Of a stretch of DNA of 35,685 nt, positions 16,289 to 28,206 are shown in pieces; position 1 is the first letter of the stretch, and every line of letters starts with the position of its first letter. The stretch lies in contig JALWTY010000175.1 of assembly GCA_026993265.1 (NCBI GenBank), positions 1 through 35,685 on the forward strand, given 5' to 3'. The translations under genes were made by a program, and so were the position numbers. Below the pieces are notes generated by a model. That model searched no databases and was not told where the DNA came from. It was given only the letters and a program-made list of their open reading frames with translations. The DNA comes from Desulfobacterales bacterium. Its GTDB lineage: Bacteria > Desulfobacterota > Desulfobulbia > Desulfobulbales > JAJRZW01.

Positions 16289-16429
16289 TCCCCTTCCCTT
16301 TCCTGATGTAATTTTCCCTGGAGGCCTGCGGGCGTTGCGCCTTAGGCCGAATGTCATTTCCCCAAAAGATGTCCCGCTTGCAGACGGCTGGACGGAAAGG
16401 CCGCAGGAAGCGGCGTGTCCGCGGGGCAT

Positions 16430-17003
16430 GGGATGACGATGCCAGATATCTAATTGGCGGCCGGGCTTTAAGTCAAAAGGGGTTTTGCCGGAATTTTCCG
16501 GTTGCGCCGTTCCCCCTGGCCGCGGGTTGTCAAGAAGTTATCAACAGGAAAAAATGACGGTCAATCAAATGGTTGGGGTGGCGCGTCCGGCTAACGGCCT
16601 GATATAAGGCCTCTTTGGCCGAAGGGCTGGAAGTTGTTGGATTTTCCCGGTGTTAGAGAAGCGCGCCCTTGGGATGACAAAAAACATTCTGTGGAAAGAA
16701 CTCTGTTTTTCTCGTTTTTCCTGTTTTTTTCTTCCGTTTTCTTCTGTTTTTATCCAACGCCTTGAACTGCCTTGAAAAAAAATATGGCGGAAAAAATTTC
16801 TCCGTCTTTTTCTGATTTCCTGTTTTGCAGGGTCAGGTTTTTTTCCTTTGCCCGTAAAGTTTACAGGGAGGTTTTGCAGACGCATTCGCAGGTTGGGGTG
16901 GCCGATTGTCCGCCGCCGGGCGATTGCCGTTTTTCCTGAAAAATACCGGTTTATGAGGGGAGTTTTACGGGAAATGGGGTGATTGGGGGGGCAGAATCAC
17001 CTT
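16430..17003. promoter_or_regulatory. Long AT-rich intergenic region with phased T-tracts and near-DnaA boxes
   Basis: About 10-bp periodic CTyyGTTTTT units at 16701-16750. TTATCAACA at 16538, TGTGGAAAG at 16690, TTATCCAAC at 16750. Confidence 0.45.
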
Positions 17004-18344
17004 TTATTTGCGGTAGAGAGGACGGATCTCGCGTTCGATGAAGCGGTCCAGCCGCTGGCGGTTGCGGCCGTGGGCTGCGAAGATTTCTTTAACCTTCAGG
17101 TCGCTTATGTGGCTCAGTGCCGCCTCGCGCAGCCGCTGCCATTGGCTCCGCCTGAACTGCGAGCCGGTGCGGACCAGGGCGTCAGGGTCTTCGGCCAGCC
17201 GTTTTTTCACGCTGCCGAAGCCGAAGCGGTTGAACCAGAATATCCCGACGACAAAGGGGATGACCGCGAGCGCGGCCGGGGTGATGAGCGACGCGGCCCC
17301 TGCCTTGCCGTTGAGCATTGCGGACAGAAGCGGCGGGTCGGGCCAGCCGGTGAAGGCGCGGAGGACGATGTCGCCGAAAAGGAACAGGGCCGCGGCGAGA
17401 ACCGCGCATGCCCTCAATGTCTGGCCGAGGAGTTTTCTGGCCCGCCTGGCGAAGGTCTCCACCGCCTCCACGGTCATGGCCAGGTCGCCCACCTGTTTTT
17501 CAATGTGTTCGAGCATGTGGCTGAACCGCAGGGCCGGGGCCGAGAGAATCTTCTGTTTGAGTTCCTCCCGTTCGGCCAGCCATTCGGAAAGGCCGGGGGT
17601 GTCGTTTCTCGCCAGGGCCGGGGCATAGGTCATGAATATCCTGGGGATGTCCTTGCGGCCGGTCATCTGCGAGAGGTTCCAGCACAGGGTGCCGTATGAG
17701 CGCACGAGATCGCCGAGGTTGTCGCATTCGTCTATGCGGCTCATGACAAAGACGATGCGGTCCTCGCCCGCGTTCTCCGGCAGGGTGTCGCGGATGGTGC
17801 GGTAAACCTCGCGGATGGTTCCGGCCTTGTGGGGATCGAACATGAGAACGATGAGATCGGCCAGGCGGGCGAACTCGCCCACCACCCGGTCGTAGGCGTA
17901 GCCCCGGTCCTTCTCGGTTACCGCGTCGAGCATGCCGGGGGTGTCGATGACGGCCAGATCGTCGGGCAGGTCGCAGTCCACGGTGAGCATGCGGAAGTGG
18001 GAGATGAAGTTCTCGCCGTGGGCCCTGAGCCCCGAAAAGGGCAGGCTCTCGTCCGCCACCAGGCTCGCGCCGGTGGTCTCGGTCGGCTCCATGCCCGGAT
18101 CCGGCCGGGTTATGACGGTGAAGGAGTCGTCGGTCGGGCTCTGGCCGGTTCTCTGGATGTCGCAGCCGGTCAGCTCGTTTATCAGGGTGGACTTGCCGGA
18201 TGAGAAGTTGCCGAGCACCAGGACCAGGGACTTCCACTTCAGGGTGGCGTCCAGGTCGGAAAGGCTGCGGCCGTAACGCTCGAACAGCGGCGCCAGCCGC
18301 TTGACCTTTTTTCTTATGCTCTGGCGTTCCCTGGATGGCTCCAT
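17004..18344 (-). CDS. Dynamin-superfamily (EHD/sarcalumenin-like) NTPase with two C-terminal TM helices
   Basis: GNFSSGKST (G1), PTDDSF (G2), DTPG (G3), RGY, FDPHK, YGTLCWNL. Hydrophobic pair near the C-terminus. Confidence 0.88.
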   Translation of the reverse strand: MEPSRERQSIRKKVKRLAPLFERYGRSLSDLDATLKWKSLVLVLGNFSSGKSTLINELTGCDIQRTGQSPTDDSFTVITRPDPGMEPTETTGASLVADESLPFSGLRAHGENFISHFRMLTVDCDLPDDLAVIDTPGMLDAVTEKDRGYAYDRVVGEFARLADLIVLMFDPHKAGTIREVYRTIRDTLPENAGEDRIVFVMSRIDECDNLGDLVRSYGTLCWNLSQMTGRKDIPRIFMTYAPALARNDTPGLSEWLAEREELKQKILSAPALRFSHMLEHIEKQVGDLAMTVEAVETFARRARKLLGQTLRACAVLAAALFLFGDIVLRAFTGWPDPPLLSAMLNGKAGAASLITPAALAVIPFVVGIFWFNRFGFGSVKKRLAEDPDALVRTGSQFRRSQWQRLREAALSHISDLKVKEIFAAHGRNRQRLDRFIEREIRPLYRK

Positions 18345-18449
18345 GACATGTTTCCGGTTCGGGTTGGCGGGAGACGCATGGCTTCCCCTCGAAGGGAACA
18401 ATAACGGTAAATCCCTTGCTGTAAAGGGGAAATTGCCTGCGCCTTGCGG

Positions 18450-18478
18450 TTGACAGTGTCCGGGGCTGCCCTTATATA
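18450..18478 (+). promoter_or_regulatory. Sigma70 promoter upstream of feoAB
   Basis: TTGACA-N17-TATATA. Confidence 0.7.
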
Positions 18479-18606
18479 GAGTAGATGCGGCGGTTGCGGC
18501 TCGTGGGCCCGGGTTGAGACTCGGGTCGATTTTTTTTTGCGGCTGCGAACATCTCTTTGCCCGCCGTCGGCAAGAATCCGTATTTCAAGTCAAGCGAGGC
18601 CGGAAT

Positions 18607-18852
18607 TTGAGCGCCAGGAAGATCCTTTTGCGAAACATGGCCCGGGACCAGGCCGGGACGGTCAGCGCCGTCAAGGTGGGCGGCGACCTGGGGCTGCGCA
18701 TCCGGGAGATGGGAATCGTGCCCGGCGCGCGGATAAAGGTCCAGGGCCGGGCGCCGCTCTATGACCCGGTGGCGGTCAAGGTGATGGGCGCGGTGGTGAG
18801 CCTGCGCAACAACGAGGCCGATTACATCGAGGTGGAGGTGGAGGATGGCTGA
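18607..18852 (+). CDS. feoA: Ferrous iron transport protein A
   Basis: RIREMGIVPGARI..RAPLYDPVAV..SLRNNEA. Start probably TTG18607 (or ATG18637). Confidence 0.92.
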   Translation: MSARKILLRNMARDQAGTVSAVKVGGDLGLRIREMGIVPGARIKVQGRAPLYDPVAVKVMGAVVSLRNNEADYIEVEVEDG

Positions 18853-21067
18853 CAGCGCCGGCGCGCGGAATCCGGAGCGTATAGAGATAGCTCTCGCCGG
18901 CAATCCCAACGCCGGCAAGACCACGCTCTTCAACCGCCTCACCGGCGCAAACCAGCACGTGGGCAATTATCCCGGAGTCACGGTTGAGAAAAAGGAGGGC
19001 CTTTGCTCCTTTGACGGCGTCACCGTGTCCGTGGTCGATCTCCCCGGCACCTATTCCCTCACCGCCTACTCCGAGGAGGAGGTGGTGGCCCGCGACTACC
19101 TGGTCAGGAACCGCCCCCAGGCCGTGGTCAACATCGTTGACGCCTCCAACCTCGAGCGCAACCTCTATCTCACCTGTCAGCTCCTCGAGCTGGGGCTGCC
19201 GGTGGTCCTGGCCCTGAACATGATCGACGTCGCCCGCGACCGCGGCATCGAGGTGAATGTGGAAAAGCTGGGCCGCATCCTCGGGGTGCGGGTGGTTCCC
19301 CTGGTGGCCCGCCGCGGCGAGGGGGTGCGGGAGGTTCTTGCCGCCGCCGTGGCCGAGGCCCGCGACCCTTCCCCGCCCAGATCCCGCCCGGTCTCCTATG
19401 GTGACGATCTCGACCGCGCCATTCTCAACCTCGCCGGACTCGTCGAGGAGAAAGGGATCCTCGCCGGAACCTATCCCCCGGCCTGGTTGGCGATGAAGCT
19501 GCTCGAGGGCGACAAACGGGTCCATGAGCAGGTGCGGGATGCGGTGCGCGACGCCGCGGTTCTCGAAACCATTGAACAGGCTGTTTCCTCCCTGGCCGCG
19601 CACCTTTCCGCCACGCTCGACTCAACCCCCGAGGCGGTGATAGCCGATCATCGTTACGGATTTGTCCGCTCGGTGGTCAGGCAGGGGGTGATGGTGCGTT
19701 TGTCCGACGAGGACCGCATCTACGCCTCCGACCGTATTGACCGGGTGGTGACCCACCGGGTGGCCGGGCCGGTGATCATGCTCGCCATCCTCTTTGCCCT
19801 CTACCAATTCACCTTCACCTGGAGCGAGGCCCCGGTCGCCTGGCTCGGCGCCGGGTTCGACTGGCTCGCGGAGACCGCCGGCGACCTGCTGCCCGACGGC
19901 CACCTGAGATCCCTGCTGGTCTCGGGCATCATCCGCGGGGTCGGCGGGGTCTTCGGCTTCGTGCCCATCATCATGTTCATGTTCTTCGGCATCGCCATCC
20001 TCGAGGATTCGGGCTATCTCGCCCGGGTCGCCTTCATGATGGACCGCGTCTTCCGCACCTTTGGCCTGCACGGAAGTTCTGTCATGAGTTTTATCATCTC
20101 CGGCGGCATCGCCGGCGGCTGCGCCGTGCCCGGCGTGCTCGCCACCCGCACCCTGCGTTCGCCCAGGGAGCGGATGGCCACCCTGCTGACCACCCCGTTC
20201 ATGAACTGCGGGGCCAAGATGCCGGTGCTGGCCCTCCTGATATCGGCCTTCTTCACCACCGGCAAGGCGAGGATGATGCTTTTTCTCACCATGATTTCCT
20301 GGGCCGGCGCCCTGCTGGTGGCGCGGCTTCTCAGGAGCACCATCCTCAAGGGGCTGCCGACTCCGTTCGTCATGGAGCTGCCGCCTTACCGGGTGCCGAC
20401 CCTGCGCGGGCTCCTGCTTCATACCTGGGAACGCACCCGCGACTACCTGCGCAAGGCCGGCTCGGTGATCCTGGCCGCTTCGATTCTGATCTGGGCGACC
20501 ATGACCTTTCCGTCCCTTCCCGCGGCCGAGAAAATGGCGTTTGCCGAAAAACGGCAGGCGGTCATGGCCGCGGCCGGGATTGGCGATGCGGCCCAGGAGG
20601 CGCTGCCGGCCGCGGTGAGAGAGGAGATCGCCAGGATCAACGCCGAGGAGGGAGAGGCCGCCCTGGAATACTCCATCGCCGGACGGGTGGGCCGGGCCCT
20701 GGAGCGGCTCAGCCGCCTCTCCGGTTTTGACTGGCGTACCAATATCGCCCTCATGGGCGGGGTCGCGGCCAAGGAGATCATCATCTCCACCCTGGGAACC
20801 GCCTACTCCCTCGGCGAGCTGAACGCCGGTGAAGACCAGCCCCTGGCCGAGGCGCTTAAAAACAGTCCGGGATGGAACCGTGTCTCGGCCTTCAGTCTTA
20901 TCCTCTTTGTCATGTTCTATTCCCCCTGCCTCGCCACCGTGGCCTGCATCATACGGGAGTCCGGATCGTGGCGGTGGGGAGCCTTTGCCATGGGGTTCAA
21001 TACCCTGTTCGCCTTTTTGCTCTCGTGCCTGGTGTACCAGGCCGGGATGTTTCTGGGGCTGGGATGA
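18845..21067 (+). CDS. feoB: Ferrous iron transport protein B
   Basis: GNPNAGKTT, VGNYPGVTVE, DLPGTYSL, LNMID, LEDSGYLAR, FVMELPPYRVP, AAKE. Confidence 0.97.
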   Translation: MADSAGARNPERIEIALAGNPNAGKTTLFNRLTGANQHVGNYPGVTVEKKEGLCSFDGVTVSVVDLPGTYSLTAYSEEEVVARDYLVRNRPQAVVNIVDASNLERNLYLTCQLLELGLPVVLALNMIDVARDRGIEVNVEKLGRILGVRVVPLVARRGEGVREVLAAAVAEARDPSPPRSRPVSYGDDLDRAILNLAGLVEEKGILAGTYPPAWLAMKLLEGDKRVHEQVRDAVRDAAVLETIEQAVSSLAAHLSATLDSTPEAVIADHRYGFVRSVVRQGVMVRLSDEDRIYASDRIDRVVTHRVAGPVIMLAILFALYQFTFTWSEAPVAWLGAGFDWLAETAGDLLPDGHLRSLLVSGIIRGVGGVFGFVPIIMFMFFGIAILEDSGYLARVAFMMDRVFRTFGLHGSSVMSFIISGGIAGGCAVPGVLATRTLRSPRERMATLLTTPFMNCGAKMPVLALLISAFFTTGKARMMLFLTMISWAGALLVARLLRSTILKGLPTPFVMELPPYRVPTLRGLLLHTWERTRDYLRKAGSVILAASILIWATMTFPSLPAAEKMAFAEKRQAVMAAAGIGDAAQEALPAAVREEIARINAEEGEAALEYSIAGRVGRALERLSRLSGFDWRTNIALMGGVAAKEIIISTLGTAYSLGELNAGEDQPLAEALKNSPGWNRVSAFSLILFVMFYSPCLATVACIIRESGSWRWGAFAMGFNTLFAFLLSCLVYQAGMFLGLG

Positions 21068-21202
21068 CCGTCTCGTAAGGCCGCATCGCGGCCTTGCGAG
21101 ACGGAAGGCAAAAGTCAAAAGTTAAAAGGCAAAAGTATCGGTGGGTTGCCAATCAGATATCTTGTGCCTTTTGAGCCCTTCCGGGTTTTTACGAGGCCGA
21201 CA
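21065..21202. mobile_element. Long-form family-1 element, 138 bp, filling the whole feoB-mscS gap
   Basis: TGACCGTCTCGTAAGG hairpin, heptad array, right end TTTTTACGAGGCCGACA. Left TGA is the feoB stop; last A is the first base of the mscS ATG. Confidence 0.8.
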
Positions 21203-22461
21203 TGTTTGATCTTCTCTTCGAGCTCGCGCGCACCTACGGGATGCCGGAAACCCCGGCCCGGCTCGCGGCCCTGGCCGGGACCGCGGCCCTTATCATCTTT
21301 CTGCTCTGGGCCGCGGCCGCGGTCTCCCGCCGGGCCCTGATCCCGCTTCTGGAAAAGGCGGTGGAGAAAAGCTCCAACCGCTGGGACGACGTCCTGGCGG
21401 CCCACGGCGTGTTCCGCGCCTCGGGCTGGCTGCCGCCGGTGGTGGGGCTGTACTTCGCGGCCGAGATCTTTCTGCCGGCAGGGCCGCTCGCCGACGCGGT
21501 CCGCCGTCTTTCCATGGCCGCCTTTGTCTTGCTGATGACCGGGGTCGTCCGCCGCGTCGTCGATGCCGCCGCAGAGCTGATCCGGCAGCGCCGCGGCGCG
21601 GAGATCTCCTGGCAGAGCTATCTCGACACCCTCAAGATAGCGGTCTACATCTTAAGCTTCGTCTTTCTCGTCTCCGTGCTGACCGACAAGTCGCCCTGGG
21701 GGGTTCTGACCCTGTTCGGCGGGCTCACCGCGGTGCTGATCCTGGTCTTCCGGGACACCATCCTCGGTTTCGTCGCCAGCATGCAGCTTGCGGCCCGGGA
21801 CATGGTCCGGGTGGGCGACTGGATCGAGATGCCCTCCCACGGCGCCGACGGCGACGTCATCGAGGTCTCCATCCACACGGTCAAGGTCAGGAACTGGGAC
21901 AAGACCATCACCACCATCCCCACCCACGCCCTGGTCTCGGGCAGCTTCAAGAACTGGCGGGGCATGAGCGAGTCCGGCGGCAGGCGGATCAAGCGGGCCC
22001 TCTACATCGACCTCAACTCCATCCGCTTCTGCACCCCGGAGATGATCGAGCGTTTTTCCAACTATCCCCTGCTTGCGGACTACGTCAGGACCAGGCAGGA
22101 GGAGATAGAGAGACACAACCGGGCCCGCGGCCTGCCGCCGGACGCGGCCGTGGGAGCCCGACGCCAGACCAACATCGGTGTCTTCCGCGCCTATGTCGAG
22201 GCCTACCTCCGCGACCACCCGGTGATAAACGACGATATGACCTTCCTGGTCCGGCAGCTCGCCCCCGGCCCCCAGGGGCTGCCGCTCGAGATCTACGTCT
22301 TCAGCCGGGACCAGCGCTGGGCCAACTACGAGGCCATCCAGGCCGACATCTTCGACCACCTATTCGCGGTTCTGCCCGAGTTCGGACTGCGGCCCTTCCA
22401 GTACCCGTCCGGCCATGACTTGCGCCTTCTTTCCCCGGGCCGGAACGGAGAAACGCAGTGA
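21202..22461 (+). CDS. mscS: MscS-family mechanosensitive channel (YbdG/MscM-like)
   Basis: [50 protein letters not shown]. Confidence 0.92.
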   Translation: MFDLLFELARTYGMPETPARLAALAGTAALIIFLLWAAAAVSRRALIPLLEKAVEKSSNRWDDVLAAHGVFRASGWLPPVVGLYFAAEIFLPAGPLADAVRRLSMAAFVLLMTGVVRRVVDAAAELIRQRRGAEISWQSYLDTLKIAVYILSFVFLVSVLTDKSPWGVLTLFGGLTAVLILVFRDTILGFVASMQLAARDMVRVGDWIEMPSHGADGDVIEVSIHTVKVRNWDKTITTIPTHALVSGSFKNWRGMSESGGRRIKRALYIDLNSIRFCTPEMIERFSNYPLLADYVRTRQEEIERHNRARGLPPDAAVGARRQTNIGVFRAYVEAYLRDHPVINDDMTFLVRQLAPGPQGLPLEIYVFSRDQRWANYEAIQADIFDHLFAVLPEFGLRPFQYPSGHDLRLLSPGRNGETQ

Positions 22462-23246
22462 CCGGCAACGTCGCGCTCGCCTTCGGGCTCACCGTTCTGG
22501 CCGGACTGGCTACCGGCATCGGCAGCCTGATCGCTCTTGCCGCCCGCCGCACCGACGAGGGCTTTCTCGCTGCCTCTCTCGGTTTTTCGGCCGGGGTGAT
22601 GATCTATGTCTCCTTTGTCGAGCTGCTGGCCAACGCCAGAACCTCGCTTGCGGCCGGGCTCGGCCCGGTGGCCGGGGCCTGGGTTGCTGTGGCGGCCTTT
22701 TTCGGCGGCATATTTCTGATCATGGCCATCGATTTCATGGTGCCCTCGTTCGAAAACCCGCACGAGAACATGCGGCTTGCAGACGGGCCTCCGCCCGGGC
22801 TCATGCGCATGGGGGTGATGAGCGCCCTGGCCATCGGCATCCATAACTTTCCCGAAGGCATGGCCACCTTTACCGCCGCCCTGGCCGAGCCGAAACTGGG
22901 CGCGGCCGTTGCCGTTGCCATCGGCATTCACAACATCCCTGAAGGCATCTCGGTGTCGGTGCCCATATACTACGCCACCGGCAGCCGGAAAAAGGCCTTC
23001 TGGTATTCCTTTCTCTCCGGTTGCGCCGAGCCGGTGGGGGCGCTGTTCTGCTACCTCCTGCTCGCGCCCTTCATGGGGCCGGCGATGATGGGGACGATGT
23101 TCGCGGCCGTGGCCGGGGTGATGGTCTTCATTTCCCTTGATGAGCTGCTGCCTGCGGCCCGGGCCCACGGCGCGGGCCACCACGAGGTCTACGGTCTGGT
23201 GGCGGGAATGGCGGTGATGGCGGTCAGCCTGCTGCTCTTCATCTGA
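22458..23246 (+). CDS. zupT: ZIP-family zinc transporter ZupT
   Basis: [45 protein letters not shown]. Confidence 0.95.
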   Translation: MTGNVALAFGLTVLAGLATGIGSLIALAARRTDEGFLAASLGFSAGVMIYVSFVELLANARTSLAAGLGPVAGAWVAVAAFFGGIFLIMAIDFMVPSFENPHENMRLADGPPPGLMRMGVMSALAIGIHNFPEGMATFTAALAEPKLGAAVAVAIGIHNIPEGISVSVPIYYATGSRKKAFWYSFLSGCAEPVGALFCYLLLAPFMGPAMMGTMFAAVAGVMVFISLDELLPAARAHGAGHHEVYGLVAGMAVMAVSLLLFI

Positions 23247-23278
23247 TGCGGCCGGGAGCGGGAAAGCGGAAAATGCCC

Positions 23279-23307
23279 TTGCCGCCCCGCCCCTTTTCCG
23301 TTATATA
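23279..23307 (+). promoter_or_regulatory. Sigma70 promoter of the tRNA
   Basis: TTGCCG-N17-TATATA ending 15 nt upstream of the tRNA. Confidence 0.6.
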
Positions 23308-23322
23308 TATCGCTTCACCAAC

Positions 23323-23399
23323 GCACCCGTAGCTCAGCTGGATAGAGTACCTGACTACGAATCAGGCGGTCGCACGTTCGAATCGTGCCGGGTGCGCCA
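23323..23399 (+). tRNA. tRNA-Arg(ACG)
   Basis: Acceptor GCACCCG/CGGGTGC, D-arm AGCTCAGCTGGATAGAGT, anticodon arm CCTGA-CTACGAA-TCAGG, T-loop GTTCGAATC, encoded CCA. Confidence 0.98.
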
Positions 23400-23407
23400 A
23401 TGATCTC

Positions 23408-23445
23408 AAAGGGTTGCCGTGTAGTGCGGCAACCCTTTCTTTTTT
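23408..23445 (+). terminator. Rho-independent terminator, possibly bidirectional
   Basis: AAAGGGTTGCCGT-loop-GCGGCAACCCTTT followed by CTTTTTT. Confidence 0.88.
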
Positions 23446-23477
23446 GCACAGGAGCCCGCCCAAGACGCCCGCGGATC

Positions 23478-26337
<2,860 letters not shown>

Positions 26338-26345
<8 letters not shown>

Positions 26346-26747
26346 CGCAGGATATAACCGTGGCGATCACCCGCCTTTCCTCGCGGGGGCCGTCGAATTC
26401 ACAGACAAAGATGTTCTGCCAGCGGGAAAGCCCCAGGCCGCCGTCGATGACCGGAACGGTCTCGGACGGCCCCACCAGCCCGGCCTTGAGGTGGCGTCGC
26501 CGTTGCCGTCCTGGCGGTCGTGTTCCCAGACGCCGCGGGGGGCGAGGCGGCGCAGCAGGGTGATGACGTCGTTCTGGACCGAATCGTCCCAGTTCTCCTG
26601 GATCATGACCGCTGCGGTGGCTCCCTGGACGTAGAGGCTGACGATGCCGTTTTTTATGCCGCTTCCGACCACGCCGTCGCGCACCTGGTTGGTGATGTCG
26701 ATGAGTTCCTCGCGGCTGCGGCTTGAGACCTTTACGGTGAAACGCAT
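26338..26747 (-). pseudogene. yjbQ: YjbQ-family protein with a 1-bp deletion frameshift (pseudogene or sequencing error)
   Basis: ELIDIT..GATAAVMIQEN..WEHD..GNGDA, then HLKAGLVGPSE..WQNIFVCEFDGPR in another frame. GCC CAC reads as GCCAC at about 26493. Confidence 0.88.
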
Positions 26748-26866
26748 GTCTTGCCCCTCCCGGTTGCGGCCTGTTAGAATCCGTGCCGGTTGACGGCGAT
26801 TCCGTCCCGGCAGCCTCTGTGGCCGTGACGGGAATATCTTAGTGAAAAAAAATATGAGGGCCAAGC

Positions 26867-27442
26867 ATGGAGCAGGAAAAAAACCGGTTCGGTCAGGTGT
26901 TTCTCCGTCCGGGGCGCGACAACACCGTTGCCGCCCTCGAGGTGATGCGGCGGGCGGTGGACGAGTTCGGCGTCGGCCAGGTTGTGGTGGCCTCGACCTT
27001 TGGCGACACCGGCCTCATGGCCGCGGAGGTTCTTTCCGGCGCGGCAAGGCTGGTGGTGGTGACTCACAACGTCGGTTTCAGGGAGCCGGGCGGGCTGGAA
27101 ATGCCACCAGAGACCAGGAACATGCTCATGGAGAAGGGCGCCCGGGTGCTCACCGGCACCATGCCGCTGCGCAATATCGGCACCGCGATCCGTTCGCTGC
27201 AGGGCTATTCCCAGCAGGATCTGATCGCCAACACCCTGCGGATATTCGGCCAGGGCGTCAAGGTCTGCGTCGAGATCGCGATGATGGCTGCCGACTGCGG
27301 CATGATAACCACGGATGACGTAATCTGCGTGGCAGGCACCGGCCGCGGGGCCGACACCGTGGCCTTGATCGCGCCGCAGCCATCCAACCGCCTCTTTGAC
27401 CTCAAGATCCGTCAGGTGCTTGTCAAGCCGTTCGATTTTTGA
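26867..27442 (+). CDS. Pyruvate kinase C-terminal-like alpha/beta domain protein (MTH1675-like)
   Basis: PGRDNT, VVASTFGDT, VVTHNVGF, TLRIFGQGVKVCVEIAMMAADCG, GTGRGADT. Confidence 0.85.
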   Translation: MEQEKNRFGQVFLRPGRDNTVAALEVMRRAVDEFGVGQVVVASTFGDTGLMAAEVLSGAARLVVVTHNVGFREPGGLEMPPETRNMLMEKGARVLTGTMPLRNIGTAIRSLQGYSQQDLIANTLRIFGQGVKVCVEIAMMAADCGMITTDDVICVAGTGRGADTVALIAPQPSNRLFDLKIRQVLVKPFDF

Positions 27443-27466
27443 TTGTTTATGGGCTTAGGGGACGGT

Positions 27467-27685
27467 ATGGAGACCAGGATAAACAACGCCGAAGATGCCG
27501 AGGCCGCGGTGGAAAGGTGGCGCGGCCGCGCCGCCGCGGTCCAGGCCGGGCTCATTCGCGAGGCCGTGGCCCGGCTGGAGCTTGATCAGATGTACTACGA
27601 ACAGAAGGGCAACGGGCAGGGCACGAAACGCTGCGTCACCGCCATCGCGGTCCTGCGGGCGCGTCTCGCGGAGCTGGATGGTTGA
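27467..27685 (+). CDS. Small hypothetical protein (72 aa)
   Basis: ORF with RBS GGGGA, genome-like codon usage and a helical LELDQMYYEQKGN segment. Confidence 0.65.
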   Translation: METRINNAEDAEAAVERWRGRAAAVQAGLIREAVARLELDQMYYEQKGNGQGTKRCVTAIAVLRARLAELDG

Positions 27686-27687
27686 GG

Positions 27688-28206
27688 TCAGCGCATCCCC
27701 AGAACCGACCGGATGAGATCCCTCGCCCGGGGCGAGTTCCAGTCGTCCGCGCCGATGACCTTTTCCCGCAGGATGCCGTTGCGGTCCACTATGTAGGTTT
27801 CCGGCACCCCGGTGATGCCGTAGGCCTGGCCGGTGGTTCCTTCGGGGTCCATGAGAATGGGGAAGGTGTAGCCTTTTTTCCGCGCCATCATGGCGCCGTT
27901 GGCCGGGGAGTCGTTGACCAGGATGGTGAGCATGCGGAAATCCGGGTCCGGCGGCGCGGTGAAGAGACGCTGCATGGAGCCGAGCTCGGCCCGGCACGGC
28001 GGGCACCATGTGGCCCAGAAGTTTATCATCACCACCTTGCCGCGGTAGTCCGAGAGCCGGTGAGGCTTGCCGGAAAGATCGCGGAGGCTGAAGTCCGGCG
28101 CGGGCTGGCCGATGGATGGGCCTCCGGCCGGGCCGCCGTCCCGGCCGCAGCCTGTGGCGAAGAGGAGTATTACGGCCGCGGCGATGACTGCCAGCCGCCG
28201 CATCAC
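27688..28206 (-). CDS. tlpA: TlpA/ResA-family thiol-disulfide reductase lipoprotein
   Basis: Lipobox ATGC, APDFSL, NFWATWCPPC, GVPETYIVD. Confidence 0.92.
   Translation of the reverse strand: MMRRLAVIAAAVILLFATGCGRDGGPAGGPSIGQPAPDFSLRDLSGKPHRLSDYRGKVVMINFWATWCPPCRAELGSMQRLFTAPPDPDFRMLTILVNDSPANGAMMARKKGYTFPILMDPEGTTGQAYGITGVPETYIVDRNGILREKVIGADDWNSPRARDLIRSVLGMR

Noticed and set aside
16565-16885. 106-aa K/R-rich ORF in the AT-rich region
   Set aside because: Product of the T-tracts; atypical composition and no motifs
18510-18592. Fur box upstream of feoA
   Set aside because: Only half-site-like TTGAGA and TTTCAA; no convincing palindrome by eye, so a PWM scan is needed
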